Part shown: positions 51,311-64,000 of the stretch, piece after piece
How positions within the stretch are numbered: position 1 is the first letter of the stretch
Layout: every line of letters begins with the position of its first letter
NCBI GenBank assembly: GCA_958009085.1
Contig: OY253682.1
Span: forward strand, 806,001 to 870,000
DNA length: 64,000 nucleotides
Source of the DNA: Protoeuglena noctilucae
Taxonomy: Eukaryota
Reading direction: 5' to 3'
The notes under the pieces: generated by a model
What the model saw: only the letters and a program-made list of their open reading frames with translations
Told to the model about the DNA's origin: nothing
Databases searched by the model: none
Program-made: the position numbers and the translations under genes

Positions 51311-54300
51311 ATGAACAAGATATCCTCGTTGCTTCAGGTGAGGGAGCGGGGCCCGCAGCTACTTCACGCACCGCACAACATGGAACTGCGCATCCGACAT
51401 CTCACGCGCGCGCCCCTCGCCGAGGCCGGACGCTGGGACCCTCGCGACGGCGTGGCCGGCATCGACGCCTCTCATCGCGATGTCACCGCGTGATCCCCGC
51501 TCCCCGCTTTGCACCGCAGCTGCCGGCTGACCCGCCGGGTCCCGAGCTCTCCCTCACCCCCGGCCAGCGCCTGGCTGTCGCGGCTCGCGAGCTCCTGGAC
51601 TCCACCGGGCCACGCTCCTCGCGCGGCATCGAGCGCCCGAGCCTGCTATGGGAGGGCGGGCCGCGGGGATCCGGGCGAGTCGCTGCGCCGAGCTGGGCTG
51701 CACGTGTCCTGAACTGACCCAACACAACTGCGTCACCCGCTCCGCTCCCGGCCACTCAACCTGCTTAATCTGACTCCGGGCCACTGTTCTGCTCAGCTCA
51801 GCTATCGATCGCTCGCCTTGCTTACCCTGCTTTGGCCATCACCGTCGAGTCACCCTGCCTGCCTCCTTGCTCCCGCAGTCCCCAGAGCGCCCGCGTTTCC
51901 GCCGGCGTCGAAGTGAGTCCGCTCAGCGCTTAGTACGCATTCCCTCGCATCAACCCGATTTGATCCTTGTACCAAGCCCTGCCGTTGCCCTTTGGACTGC
52001 CGCTCGCACGCTGCACACTGTGCGTCTCGCATTCCCACACTGCACCATCTCTACCAAGCCCTCCTTCACCGCCATTCATCATCATTACCCCACCCCCTTC
52101 CCCGTCTGCCCCCAGCCCGCCTTCCGCACCGCCCCCTCCGCTGGCCTCGGCATGAGCGGCACCCTGGCATCCCAGCTCAACGCCCTGCACGCCGCCGCGG
52201 ACCGGGAGATGGAGTCCCTCGCGAAGGGCCTGCACAGTGCGGCGGCGGCGAGGACGGGGCCCTTGGCCCCGTATGGCGCGCACCCTCGCCTTGACCTGGA
52301 CAGGGCCGGGGCTGAGACGCCAACCGGCAGATTGGGCGACATGGACGAGCGGGGTATGGCGACGGCGATGGGACACATGGCGAGCACCATCGGGCGGGCC
52401 GCGGAGAGCGCCGACAGCCCCCATCGCCCGAGAAACGCGCGAGGGGCGGTGGCACCCCGCGTGGGGGTGGTGGCCCGAGACTCGCCACGGGCCAGTCGTT
52501 CCGATCGATCCACGGCAGCGACGACAGCGCGTACCGGGGCCACCACACGCGCGCGGAGGGTGCGCCTGCAGCATCGCCGTCCCGACGGAGGGGCGCGCAC
52601 CCGTTGCTGGCGGGCGGTGAGAGCTTGGAAGAGGAGGTGGGGAGCGCGAGGCGGATCCTGACGCTCTTGTCGCGCACCCCGCACGACGCGAAGCTGCTGG
52701 CGGAGTTCCGGGGGGCCCTGAAGCGCATCCGGGTGGCGAGGCGGTACTGGCGGCCCCAGCGGACGCGGTCGTGGAGGGCAGAGGACCTGGAGGTGAGCAA
52801 TTAGAGAGGGTGGTGGTGGTATTGGTAGTGGCAATGTTGATACTGGTAGTGGTAGTGATAGTGGCATTGATAGTAATGGTGGTAGTGCTGGTGAGGTAGT
52901 GGTAGTGGTAGTGGCGGTACTGGCGGCCCCAGCGCACGCGGTCGTGCAGGGCAGAGAACCTGGAGGTTAGCATTTAGAGAGGGGTGTTGGGGTGACTGAT
53001 AGTAACTGTGTATTGGTGAAATAATGATGTGATGGGTTGTGGAGGGCGGAGGACCAAAGCTCTCACTGCAACCCTCACCCCCTTACCCCCGCAGCGTGCG
53101 GCCGAGGTGGCCCCTCTCCCCCTAGACTGGGAGTCGGTGCTGTGGCGGGTGCTGGTGGGCCCCGATCGCGTCACACGAACGCGGGGAGAGCGACTGGTCA
53201 CCACCATCGCAGAGACCAGGAGGTCCCTCCGCAAGCACCTCCCTGTGCTGCAGCAGGCATTCGATGCGTACCACGCCGCGCCGTGCCTGGCCACGGGGCT
53301 GGGGGGCGGTGCGGGGGCGACGGGGGTGGCGGGGGCGGGGGGGAGGGAGAAGGAGAGGGAGCAGGTGAGGGGTGGGGTGAGATGAGAGAGATGAGATGGT
53401 GGAAGCAGGTGAGGGAACAGGTGAAGTCGGGCTGCGGTTAGTGCGAGAGAGAGGGAGAGGGAGCTGGTTCGTGATTTGTGCACTCTGTTACCCATCGCAC
53501 ATCGCCACTGTTACATTTCCCCTTACACGCAGGCCCCCTCCCACGAGAGTCCCGACGCCCCCTCTGCCCACGCGCACTCTGCTTCTGCGGGGGAGGAGCG
53601 GCTGGGGGCAGTGCCGGAGGATGAGGGCATGAGGGAGGGGCAGGTGAAAGGGGGTGTGAGTGACTGGGTGTAACGTGGCGTGAAGGGGTGTGACTGGGTG
53701 TGGATGGGTGTAGATGTGACTGGGTGTTGGTGTGAGAGGGGCAGGTGAGGGGAAGGGGGGGTGGAGGTAATCTGTTGCTCCTCTTTCTTACTCCCTCTCA
53801 CGCACCCCACCATCCCTTAACCCCACCCCCCAGGACTCCGACGGCGCCCCCCCCCGTGTCACACACCACCACCCCCCCTCACTCACTCACCCACTCACTC
53901 ACCACCAACCCGCCCCACTCACTCACTCACTCACCCCACCCTACCCCCCTCCCTCCACCCCAGGACTCCGACGGCGCCCCCCCCCGCCCCCCCAACGCCG
54001 ACGGCTTCACTTTCCCAGAGGACGACCTGAGGCGCTCCCGGGACGTTTCTGGCGACACCCTGACAGCGGGAGCACTGTTCCGGTTACTAAGGGAGCTGGA
54101 CGTGGTGATGGCGCCTGTGACGTTGGCGAGGCTGGCCAGGGTGGCGTGCACCACGCCGCTGCCGCCACGGGGGGATGCGGCCAAGGTGAGGGGTGTGGGG
54201 GTGGTAGTGAGGGGTGCGAGTAGGGGTGAGGGGGGTTGGTGGGGTGGTGGTGGGGGGATGAGGGGTGAAAGGTGAGGGTGAAGGGTGAGGAGTGGCAGTG

Positions 54301-57300
54301 AGGGTGGGCGGGCGAGAGCACCAACGTCCACTACCCCATTGGCTCTCACTCTCTTCCCTATCACCATTACTAAGATCCCCTCTCTCTCTCCCCTTCTCCC
54401 CCCAGGCCCTCAAGCGCACCCTGTCCCGCATGCCCAGCTCCAACGCCCTGGCTGCCCGGCGCCTGTCCCTGCGCACCTCGAGCATCAAGTCCCTTCGCAA
54501 GGCGCTGTCGGCAGAGACGGCGGCGGCGGAGGCGGGGGCGGGTGAGGGTGGGTGGGGTGGGAGTGGGGATGGATGGGGGGGGGGTGAAGTGGGGTGGGTA
54601 AAAAGGGGTGGGGTGGGGTGGCTGATGGGAGTGGAGTGGCATGAAATAGGGTGGGGTGGGTGAGAAGGGGTGCCGTGGTGTTGTTTGTGTACGGTATGAG
54701 TGGACATGCACTGTCAGTCGTGCTCTTCATATGTTCATAATCATATGTCTCTCGTCGCCCATCGCAGCTGCGGTGCAGTCCCCCTCCCCCGGGGAGGAGG
54801 AGGCGGGGGCAGAGGGGCGCACGAGCGAGGGGGGGAACGAGGAGGGGCAAGTGAGAAGGAGTGGGATGGGGGTGGATGGGATAAGTAGATGAGATGACAG
54901 TGGATGGGTGCATGAGGGCGAAGGCTGGTGCCAACAAGCCACGCTTGCAACGCCTGCAGTCTCCATGGCCACCCTACCCCACCCGCCCCCCGGCAGCCGT
55001 CCCAGCCCCTTTCAATTTCTACTGCCACACTTCCACACCCCTTCACTTTCCATTGCCACCCTTTAGCAACCCCTCCCCACCCCCGCAGCCAGCCCAACCC
55101 CTTCATTTCTTGATGCCACTTACCACCCCACTCCACCCCCACTCCCCGCAGCCATCCCCGCCCGTCAGCGCGGCCGAGGCAGACCCCCACCCGACCCCGC
55201 CCCTGTCCACCCTGGGGGGCCAGATCCGCCGCACGCCCACCGTAAAAGGCGAATCCGCCGCCGCCGGGGATCGAAGCGCCGACCGGGGCGCTGGGGCGGA
55301 GGCGGGGGAGGGGGCGGGGGCCGCCAAGCGTCGGTTGCAGAAGCAGCCGTCTAAGAAAGCCTGGTCCATGTCTATGCGGCCGCCCGAGCCCAAATTCGAG
55401 GTGAGGGTTTGGATTTTTGACATGGGGGAGGAGGGTGGGTGGGATTGGTGGGGGTGGCGTGCCAGTGTGCGAGTTGCTCGGGAGACGAGTTGCTCTGTGC
55501 GTACTGCCGCCCTGTGTGCTATCCACCCACACTGCCACCCCCACTGCCACCTTCACCCTCACCCCCACTGCCACCCCCACCACCACCCCCCACACCATCA
55601 CCCCTCCCTCCCCCCAGGGCGGTTTGGGCCCGTCCCTCTCCCTCGCCCCCCGCCGCCGCAACTCCATCCCCGCCGCCACCCACGCGACCTCCGCCAAGCG
55701 CATCGCCGCTCCCTGCGACTTCACGGGCGGTCCCTACGACCGCCAGCGCCGCATGGACGTCTTTCACTTCGTGGAGGCTCTGCTGCGGGTGTCGCACGTG
55801 GTGTTTGGGGGGCGGGTGGGTGGGCCCAACCCCAGCCGCCTCGGGAAGGGCGCCGGGCAGCAGGAGGGGGGCGGGGAGGACGAGCTGTCGCCGGTGAGGG
55901 GTGGGGTGGTGGATGGGATGCATGGTGGGATGCATGGGATGAGTGGTTGTTAAGCGAGGGTGATGAAATGTTGCCGGCGAGGGCGTGGGGTGGATGGATG
56001 GGGAATGAATTGTCGATGCCTTAGCTCTGCAATCAACCACACCTGTTTGCCCAACCACTCAGCCCCTTACACTCCCAGTCACTCACCCACAGGCCGAGAA
56101 GCTCGACGCCCTAACCCTGCCAATCAACCACATTCCCTTGCAAATCCACCAATTTTCTTGCCAATCCTAATCATTTCCTTATCCTTATGTGCCCCGACAC
56201 CCCCCCAGGCCGAGAAGCTCCATGCCCTGGCCCTGCGCCTCGAGGCCTCCCTGGTGGTCCTGGGGGCGGAGATGGAGGGCATCCCCACGGGCAAAGCCCC
56301 GCCGCGGTCGCTGGGGGTGTCGATGCGGGGGCTGGCGTCCAGGCAGGGAGAGGAAGGGGCGGGGTTGGGGATGGGGATGGGTTTGGGTGTAGGGGTGGGT
56401 GGGGAGGGCGAGGGGGTCATGGAAGGGGTCATGGAGGTGCCGGATGCGGAGGAGGGGCTGTGGGACGCCACGGTGGGGGCAGGTGAGGGTTGGGTGGGTT
56501 GTAGAGAGGATGTGGGGTGGGTGGGGTCAGGTGCAGGTGCAGGGTTGTGCGGTGTGGGTTGCAATGCCATGTCCATCGCCGTTGTTACCCCTCGCAACGC
56601 TCTCTATTTTTCACAGCAACACCCTTACTACCACCCCCACCCTCACTGCTACCCCCACTGCACTGCCACCCTCAATACCACCCTCACCCCCACCCCTCAC
56701 CCCTCACCCGCAGCCCCCCGCCCTTCCCCCTCCGCCCCTCCCTCGGAGGCGGGTCTCTCCGAGGACCACACCCCAGCCTCCAAGGCAGACGCGATCTTCA
56801 CAGCCATGCACCACAGCCGCGACATCCACGAGGTCATCGGCCCCGCCGAGGGACTATTGCAGTGGGTGTTCACGTTCCTCGCCGTGCACAACTCCGTGGA
56901 CAGGGACGGGGAGGGTGCAGCTGCCGTGGGCGTGAAGGGCGAGGGGGAGTGGGATGCGGGGGCGGGGGCGGTGGCGGCACCTGTGCCCGCAGAGGGGTGC
57001 ACCGCGACGTTCAACGACGTGCTGCACCACTTGCTGGTCTGCGACATGGTGGGGAGGGAGGACGGCATCACGGCTGCCGCGGTGGCGAGGGCATTCCAAG
57101 ACACGACCGGGCAGGCGCCCGCACAGCCCCGCGTGCACCCCGCCAACCGGTGAGGGGCTGGCGGGTGGGGTGGGGGCGGATGCTTGTAGTGTGGATAACG
57201 GTTATACGTTCTGTGCTGCAGCCAGCCTCAGGAGCATGCCCTTGTCCCGACCCGCACGCTCCCACCGCTCCCGTCTCCCATCCGCTCGTCACGTCAACTC

Positions 57301-57539
57301 GCCCATGTGCACTTTCCCGCTTTCCCAGGGGCCTGGAGGTGACGTACGACGAATTCCTGGAGATGCTGGTGCGCCTGGCCCACACGGCCCGGCCCCTGGG
57401 CGAGAACGTAAGCGTGGCGGGGCAGCTTGAGCACCTGCTGCTGAATGAGGCTGTGGGCCTCCTGCCCGCCAGCGAGCGCGTCATTGGGCTGTGGCAGGCG
57501 CTCGAGAAGCTACCCACCTACTCCAATGCCGACTACTGA
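51311..57539 (+). CDS. Large multi-exon hypothetical protein with degenerate EF-hand-like segments; the start may instead be 52152
   Basis: Exon chain includes HLPVLQQAFDAY, TLTAGALFRLLRELDVV, RMDVFHFVEALLRVSHVVF, ATFNDVLHHL and EVTYDEFLEMLVRLAH; stop at 57539. Confidence 0.6.
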
Positions 57540-58038
57540 GCGAGATTGCTGTGGTAGTCCACCAACGCGGGTTCGGCTGGTAATTGAAGACGATCTGAGT
57601 AGGAACGCCTGGTGCGCTGACTAAGGCAGCTGCAGGTCTCCCCGGCCTGTCCACGCAGCACGCGGCACCCGCACCGGCATCGACGCCGACGACGGCGCAG
57701 GCGCCCGCCCACCGCTGACCTGGCGCGCAACCAGCACGGGGCATCGCCCACGCTTGTCCACGCTCCGACCGCGGGGCTCGGGGCCGGCGCTGCGCGTATC
57801 TTCATCGTGCAGCCGGGCAAGAGCGAGTGCGAGCCGCGGGCGACCATCAGCGCATCAGCGGAGTGCGAAAGCCGCAGCTTGGAAGTCACACAGCCCTCAG
57901 CCTCCCGGGGTCCGCGGCGCAAGCTTCCGAGTCCGGTTGGGGCGTCTGTCCGATAGGTGAGTAGTAATACATGTGCACGTCAGGACCGCGCAGGTGCCGG
58001 GCGTCGGCCGCGGCAGCTGCGGGCGCAGGGTGGGACGC

Positions 58039-59726
58039 ATGCTGGGGGCAGCGAAGGCAGTGCGCGGGGCCGTGTGCGCAGGTCGGCGTGGTGCGCTGGG
58101 CGGACGTCAGGCACTATAAGCGTCGCAGGTCACCATGGAAGGGGGTCCGCGCGTGGGTGAGGCGCGCAGAGGGAGGGCTTTGGTTGCACCAGCGCAGGGC
58201 TTTGGTTGCTTCGTTGCGACATTCAGCGCGGTCCGGTCGCCTGCGCAGGGTGGGGCGACCTGCCCGGGGAGGTACATCGCGAGATCCTGCGGCTGGTGCC
58301 GCTGCACGACGCGACGGCGGCGCGGCGGGTGTGGCGGGAGATGCGCGACGAGGTGGACGAGGTGTGGAGGGCGTGGGGCATCCGGGCCACGGCGGCGGAC
58401 AGGCGTGACGCCATTCGCGAGCGTTTGATCTATCGCACACACGTCACGGAGCTCGAGTGCGGTCCGCTGGCGGTGTACGCATGTGACGGGTCCCACGCGC
58501 ACCACCTGGCGAGCCTGGGACTGTGGTGGCTGGCGATGCTGGTGGCGGAGGCGACGGGCATCAACGGCATGTCATGGGCCGTACGTGACTTGTGGCACCT
58601 CGACCAGTCGCCGCTGATGGTGGCGGTGCGGGCGCGGCGGCCGGTGGGGCGCGGGGCGGATGGCGAGGTGGAGTGGGCGTACGCGCTGGGGGAGGAGGAG
58701 GTGGGGCGGGCGGTGCGGGCCGCGGTGGCGATGGGGGCGGACGTCAATGTGCGGTTGCATCGAGCATGGCCGCTGATGACGTACTGCGCGGCGCGGGGCT
58801 GCCTGGGGGCGGTCAAGGCGTGCCTCGCGGCGAGGGCGGAGGTGGATGCGGCTAACTTCATCCACATGGGCTGGTGGACGGCAGTGGTGCATGCCGGACG
58901 CGGGGGTCACGAGGCGGTGGTGGAGGCGCTGCTGGAGGCGGGGGCGTCGGCCAAGGTCGGACACGGTGGTCGTGATCAGACGTTGGCAGCGGTGTGCGGG
59001 GGTCATCCGACGCCGGTTATCGTGAGGCGGCTGGCGGAGGCGGGGGCGGACGTCAACTCTGAGGACGTCAATGGGACGGCCCTACGTCATGCCGCAAGGC
59101 ACGGCAATGTGGCCTTGTTAAAGGTTTTGGTGGAGTTTGGGGCCGACGTGGCTGTCGCCACCTCACATGGGCACACTGCGATGCACAAGGCGGCAAACGG
59201 GGAGGTGGTGCGGTGGCTGGCGGCGCATGGGGCGAGCGTCCAGGGCGACGGGGGCAATGACTCCCCACTCCAGAGCGCTTGCTCTGGTGCCCGCGTCGAC
59301 GCCGTCCGCGCCCTGATTGAGCTGGGTGCGGACGTCGGTTACAGGGACAGGCAAGGTGGAATGGCTCTCCACCGCGCAGCAGGGTCTTACCTTCAGCAGA
59401 GTTCTGTCGAGGCGACGCAGCTGCTGCTGGCGGCGGGGGCGGACGTCACTGCTGTTGATAGGGAGGGCCGGACCCCCTTGCACAAGGTTATGTGCGCGCC
59501 AGTTGTGGACCTGCTGCTGGACGCCGGCGCAGACCTGGAGGCGCGGGATGAGTCGGGAAGGACGCCGATTTGCATCGCTGCGTTGGACTTGCCGCTGAAA
59601 TCCCAGGTCGCGCTGCGGATGGCTGACCGCGGCGCGGACCTGGTCAACACGGGCGGGGAGCCGGGCCTGGTGCAGCGTCAAGTGGCGAAGCTGCGGGCAG
59701 AGCACAGTGCGGCTGGTCCGGCGTAG
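58039..59726 (+). CDS. N-terminal F-box-like plus ankyrin-repeat protein
   Basis: WGDLPGEVHREILRLVPLHDATAARRVWREMR is F-box-like. About 9 ankyrin repeats follow (e.g. TALRHAARHGNVALLKVLVEFGADV, GRTPLHK..LLLDAGADLEARDESGRTPI). The main exon is about 1.48 kb. Confidence 0.85.
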
Positions 59727-60840
59727 GACGGCGGCTGTGGCAATGGCGGTGGCTGCGGGGCACTTAGGTAAGGGGCGTGCCAGTCTTACAACGGATGGCA
59801 GAGGTGCTTGCGTGGCAGCATGTGCAGCACCGTCGTCTTGCATGGGGCGTGCATGGCCTTTACAGTGCCTGTGCCGAAGTACGGAGGTGCAGCTGGGCGT
59901 GGCATGGACCGACTCACGGCTACTTTGCTGGCCAATCGAGCCCTGTCGACTCAACTGACTGTCAGCTCTACATCCTCCCCGCGCAGTGCTGAGGCAAGAG
60001 GTGGCCCTCAAGGGGTGGCCACGGTGGCCCCCATGCGGCGTGGCGAGGCAGCGCGCGGGTGACACCTGATTCGGTGCGGCAAGTCGAGCGGTGGCTGGTA
60101 GGACCTTATCCGGGTAGGGTAGGCTTGGCTCGTGGAGCATTGGGCAGCGTGGGCGACATTGATTGGGACGATGGCCGGGCAGACTGTCGACTTATATAAG
60201 TGGCGTCATCGACTGCGGTAGAGGACTTATTGCTGCAGCCTTTGCTTAGAAGCCCTGTTGGTACGCGCCTTGCTTTGAACTCCACAGCCCTCAGCGGCGA
60301 TATGCTCTGGCCCCCCGCCCTATGCTTTTTGCTGCGGGATGCGTGAGGCGAGGCCATGAGCGTACTCCACGTCCGCAGTTGGTGCAGTCACGATCGATCC
60401 TGCTGATTGAATGTGGCGAACCGCGTCCCAGCCTCACCTCCTGGCACGCTCCACCTCTGACGGGACGACCAGCAGCGCTGGCTCCTGAGGAGGTCTCAGT
60501 TGCGCGAGAGGACTAATCTGAGCTCAGCTGCGCATGATTGCTGTGCCGGGACGGCACGAGGAAGCGCGCTACGTAAAAGAGGCATACCCTGCGTGCGTTG
60601 ACCTGCGGTTTTGAGGACCGTGTGAGACCGGACGTTTTTCTGGGTGAAATACGTCATCAGTGTCGATATCGTGGCGGTCGCGCTGGCGCGTGGACGCCGA
60701 TAGTCGCGACGTGACGCGAGAGACCCGTGTGTGGGTAACCAGGCTGCCGGCGCTTCTGGATGTCGACCGCTGACGGGGCGGGGTGAGGGTACGCGCGTCA
60801 GGTTAAACCGTCTGGAAGCTTCCGAGGGCTGGGCGACGCC

Positions 60841-63800
60841 ATGGAGGGCCCGGGCCTGCTGGGTCAACTCGACGACGGCCACCTCCTGAACGCCGCCGAT
60901 GGGCCGCTCGCGTTCGGGCCGCGATGTCCCGCGTGCTACCTGCCACCAAACCGACTGTGCCTCGAGCGCTTCTCCGTCTCGCGATGGTGAGAGCCGCGCG
61001 CCGGCCGCGGGCGCGGGGGCCCTACCATACCCGCGGGATGTGACCCGCCGCGCGGCCCGCTCCCGGCGCCGTATCGCCGGCCGCGTGTGTACAATCTGGC
61101 ACATTGCGTGTATTTGTGTGCTCGGATTGCGTCGGGGACCGCGGAGGCATCCCCGGGCACGCGCCCTATGCTGTCGCACCACGCATGACCGTACGCGTCA
61201 CCCTGCCCGCACGCTGACCACCACTCGCCGCCATCAACCGCCCGCATATGCATTGATTTCTATCCATCTGCTAATCTCGATAGACAACTGTCCCCGCAAG
61301 CTCACCCGCGCGACTTCAGCAATCCCCCTGGCCGCACCGCCCCTCCCACACGCATCCACCCTCCCTCACCCCCTCCCCTGCCCCAGCCTTGGCCGCGGCA
61401 AGGCCCGGGAGGTCCTCGAGGCATTGGACGTGGACACGGGTCACACCGTAGCGTTGAAATGCTACCGACTTGGAGCGAGCTCGGTCACCCAAGCGAGGGC
61501 GGTGGCGGATGAGGTGGACATCCACTCCCGCATCGGTGAGGCGACGGGGGTAGGGTAGATGTGAGATTGGGAGTGTGACTGTGACTGGGAGTGTGACTGC
61601 GATTGAGAGAGTGAGAGTGAGACTGTTAGACCGGTGATGTTGGCTGCCACCCCCACTGCCACCCCCACCCTTGCCCTCACTGCCACCCTCACCCTCACTC
61701 TCACCCCCACTGCCGCCCTCACCCTCACCCCCAGACCACCCCCACGCCATCCCCCTCTGGGCCGCCTTCAAGGATCGTGAGTCCGTGTACATTCTACTTC
61801 CCTTAGCCGCTTATGGCGATCTCTGCAACAGCTTCGACCGCATCAAACACGACACGGCAAGCGTGGCGGAGGTGAGAGGGGATGGGGTGGTGTGTTTGTG
61901 ACACGGCCAGCGTGGCGTAGGTGAGGGATGGGGTCGTGGGGGTGTATGATATGATGGGTTTCATGTTTGGGAGACAGCGAGCGTGGCGGAGGTGAGGGGG
62001 GGTGGGGTAGGGGTTCATATAATGCTGGAATGTGATAACGATTAAGAGAGAGTGAGCGTGTGCAGTTGGCCTGAGTGCTTGGCCGTCCCCACCCCTTCCT
62101 TGCACCCACCACTCACCCACCCTCACTGCAACCCCCCCTCTCTCCCCCCAGCTCGTGGCCATGCCCCTCCTCAGCTGCCTGGCCCACTTGCACGAGCGAG
62201 GCATCGCCCACCGGGACATCAAACTGGAGAACGTGTTTGTGGGGTCGAGGGGCAACGTCATGCTTGCAGACTTTGGGCTGGCCGTGGAGCTGACTAGGCG
62301 GTGAGTGATATTTGTGATATGCACTAGTGATATATATACTAGCGATATGTACTATTGATATGCGCATGTCACTGTCTGAGTGTCATTTGTAATGAGGCAC
62401 TGGCGCTGGTGAAGCTGACTTCACACAGACCAAGCCCTTTCTTACCCTAGCACGCTCACATCACACAACCTCGCACCTCGCTACACAGCACCGCACCACC
62501 CCCACCCCCTCCCACCACCCCATTATCCCCTCCCCTCCCCTCTCCTTCCCCCCAGCCGCGCCCTGACTCAGGTGGGCACGCTGTCAGTCATGGCGCCAGA
62601 AGTGCTTCTGGCAGATCACGTGACCGGTGCCCAGGGCCCCCTTCGCTGCGAGAGGCACAGAGACGACAGGAGGGAGTACGGGACGGCAGCCGACGTGTGG
62701 GCGGTGGGAGTGCTGGTGTGGGAGATGCTGACAGGGACGGGTGAGTGGAGATGAGACGGGGTTAGGTGGGGGTGCTGGTGTGGGCAGGGGTTGATTGGTG
62801 AGTGCTTGGGCGGTGGGGTTGCTCGTGTGGGTGGGGGTGAGACGGGCGAATGGTTAGCATAGGTGTGGGTGAGCAGGTGGACTGTGGGTGGAGTGGCGAT
62901 ACCCATGGCTGCCACCGTCACTCCCACCCTCAACACCACCCCCGCTGCCACCCCCACTGCCACCCGTAACATCGCACTCTCACCCCTATCACCCCCCCAG
63001 TCCCCTACCGCGCCTCGTGTGACCGTGAGATGACCGACACCCATTGCCACCCTTAACACCCACCCCTCACCCCTCACCCTTACCACCCCCAGTCCCCTAC
63101 CGTGCCTCGTGCGACCGTGAGATGATCGAGACGATCGCCACTGGCATTCAGGACCACCCCTCCTATCCACGCCTGCCATCGGACGCAAGGTCCTTCATCG
63201 AGCAGTGCCTCACGTGGGACCCCGCCAAGAGACCCACGGGTGAGATGAATATTGCATATTTGTGCTTATTATAGTATACTATATGCATTGCATGTCTTAT
63301 ACAGACACATGTGTCGTTGCCATGTCTCACCTGGGACCCCGCCAAGAGACCCACGGGTGAGGTCACTATTACATATTCAAACATACGGATGTGTTTTTTA
63401 GTCACATGTATTCGCATGCATGCGGATGGCAACTGCGCACGCGCTACCGCAGTCACATCCACGGTCGTCGGATGTCCATGATAATTGTTACATCCTCCAT
63501 ATAATCACATCGATACAACTACACACCTTACCTGTCTTTCACCCCGCCCGTCTCACACACTACCCCCCCCACCCACCCCCGCAGCACGCCAGCTCTACGC
63601 CCACCCCTTCGTCACACAGCGAAGCAACTACGCAAACTGGCGGTCCCTCGCGCCCCCCCGATCCTCCATCGACGACAGGGTATGCCCTAACAACCAGGGC
63701 AATGCACCCAGCAACGTCAACGCCGGCGATGCGTACGGTTTGGACCGTGCCACCTCCCAACCCCACCACGCCCGCGGCCCCTCCGGCTCATCCCGGCATT

Positions 63801-64000
63801 CCGCAGCGTCCCGTGCGTCGCGTGCCAGCGCCGTGGGGTCCCCGCGGCCCACGCTGCCCGGCGCCGGCGGCGTTTCCGACGTGGGCGGCGCCAGTGTGGC
63901 GTGTCAGTCCCGGGCCAGGGAGTCAATCCCGCCCCTGGCCTTCCCCCACAACTGCCCCGCGTGCGATCCTCTCTCGCCCTGTCCCCACGGCACATCCCCC
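60841..64000 (+). CDS. Aurora-like Ser/Thr protein kinase; runs off the right edge
   Basis: [78 protein letters not shown]. Confidence 0.9.

Noticed and set aside
26815..63585. Introner-type mobile intron family
   Set aside because: The introns share only low-complexity motifs; I saw no alignable common body or terminal repeats between different introns.

Overview
GC-rich, intron-rich nuclear DNA of a eukaryote, most likely a chlorophyte green alga (Tic20, SBPase-like, CDPK and PDX2 genes). I reconstructed about 22 spliced host genes by hand: a tandem-domain protein, PDX2, a hypothetical protein, a chromate-transporter-family protein, zeta-COP, CDPK, RAMP4, a SEL1-like protein, a cyclin, a metallophosphoesterase, an ankyrin protein, a FemAB-like GNAT, neuferricin, two P450s, XPG, a small hypothetical protein, an SBPase-like protein, Tic20, ribosomal P2, a large hypothetical protein, an F-box/ankyrin protein and an Aurora-like kinase. 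There is also one apparently intact 5.57 kb Plavaka-type (CMC) DNA transposon with TIRs and a 2-bp TSD. The main unexplained signals are in the introns. (1) At least 15 introns contain degenerate 'echo' copies of their own exon/intron junction, splice site included. (2) Many distal introns have a G/T-rich 5' half and a complementary C/A-rich 3' half, suggesting fold-back. (3) At least 14 introns use GC donors. One P450 lacks the heme-ligating cysteine. Gene models are manual and have no transcript support, and several start codons are uncertain.
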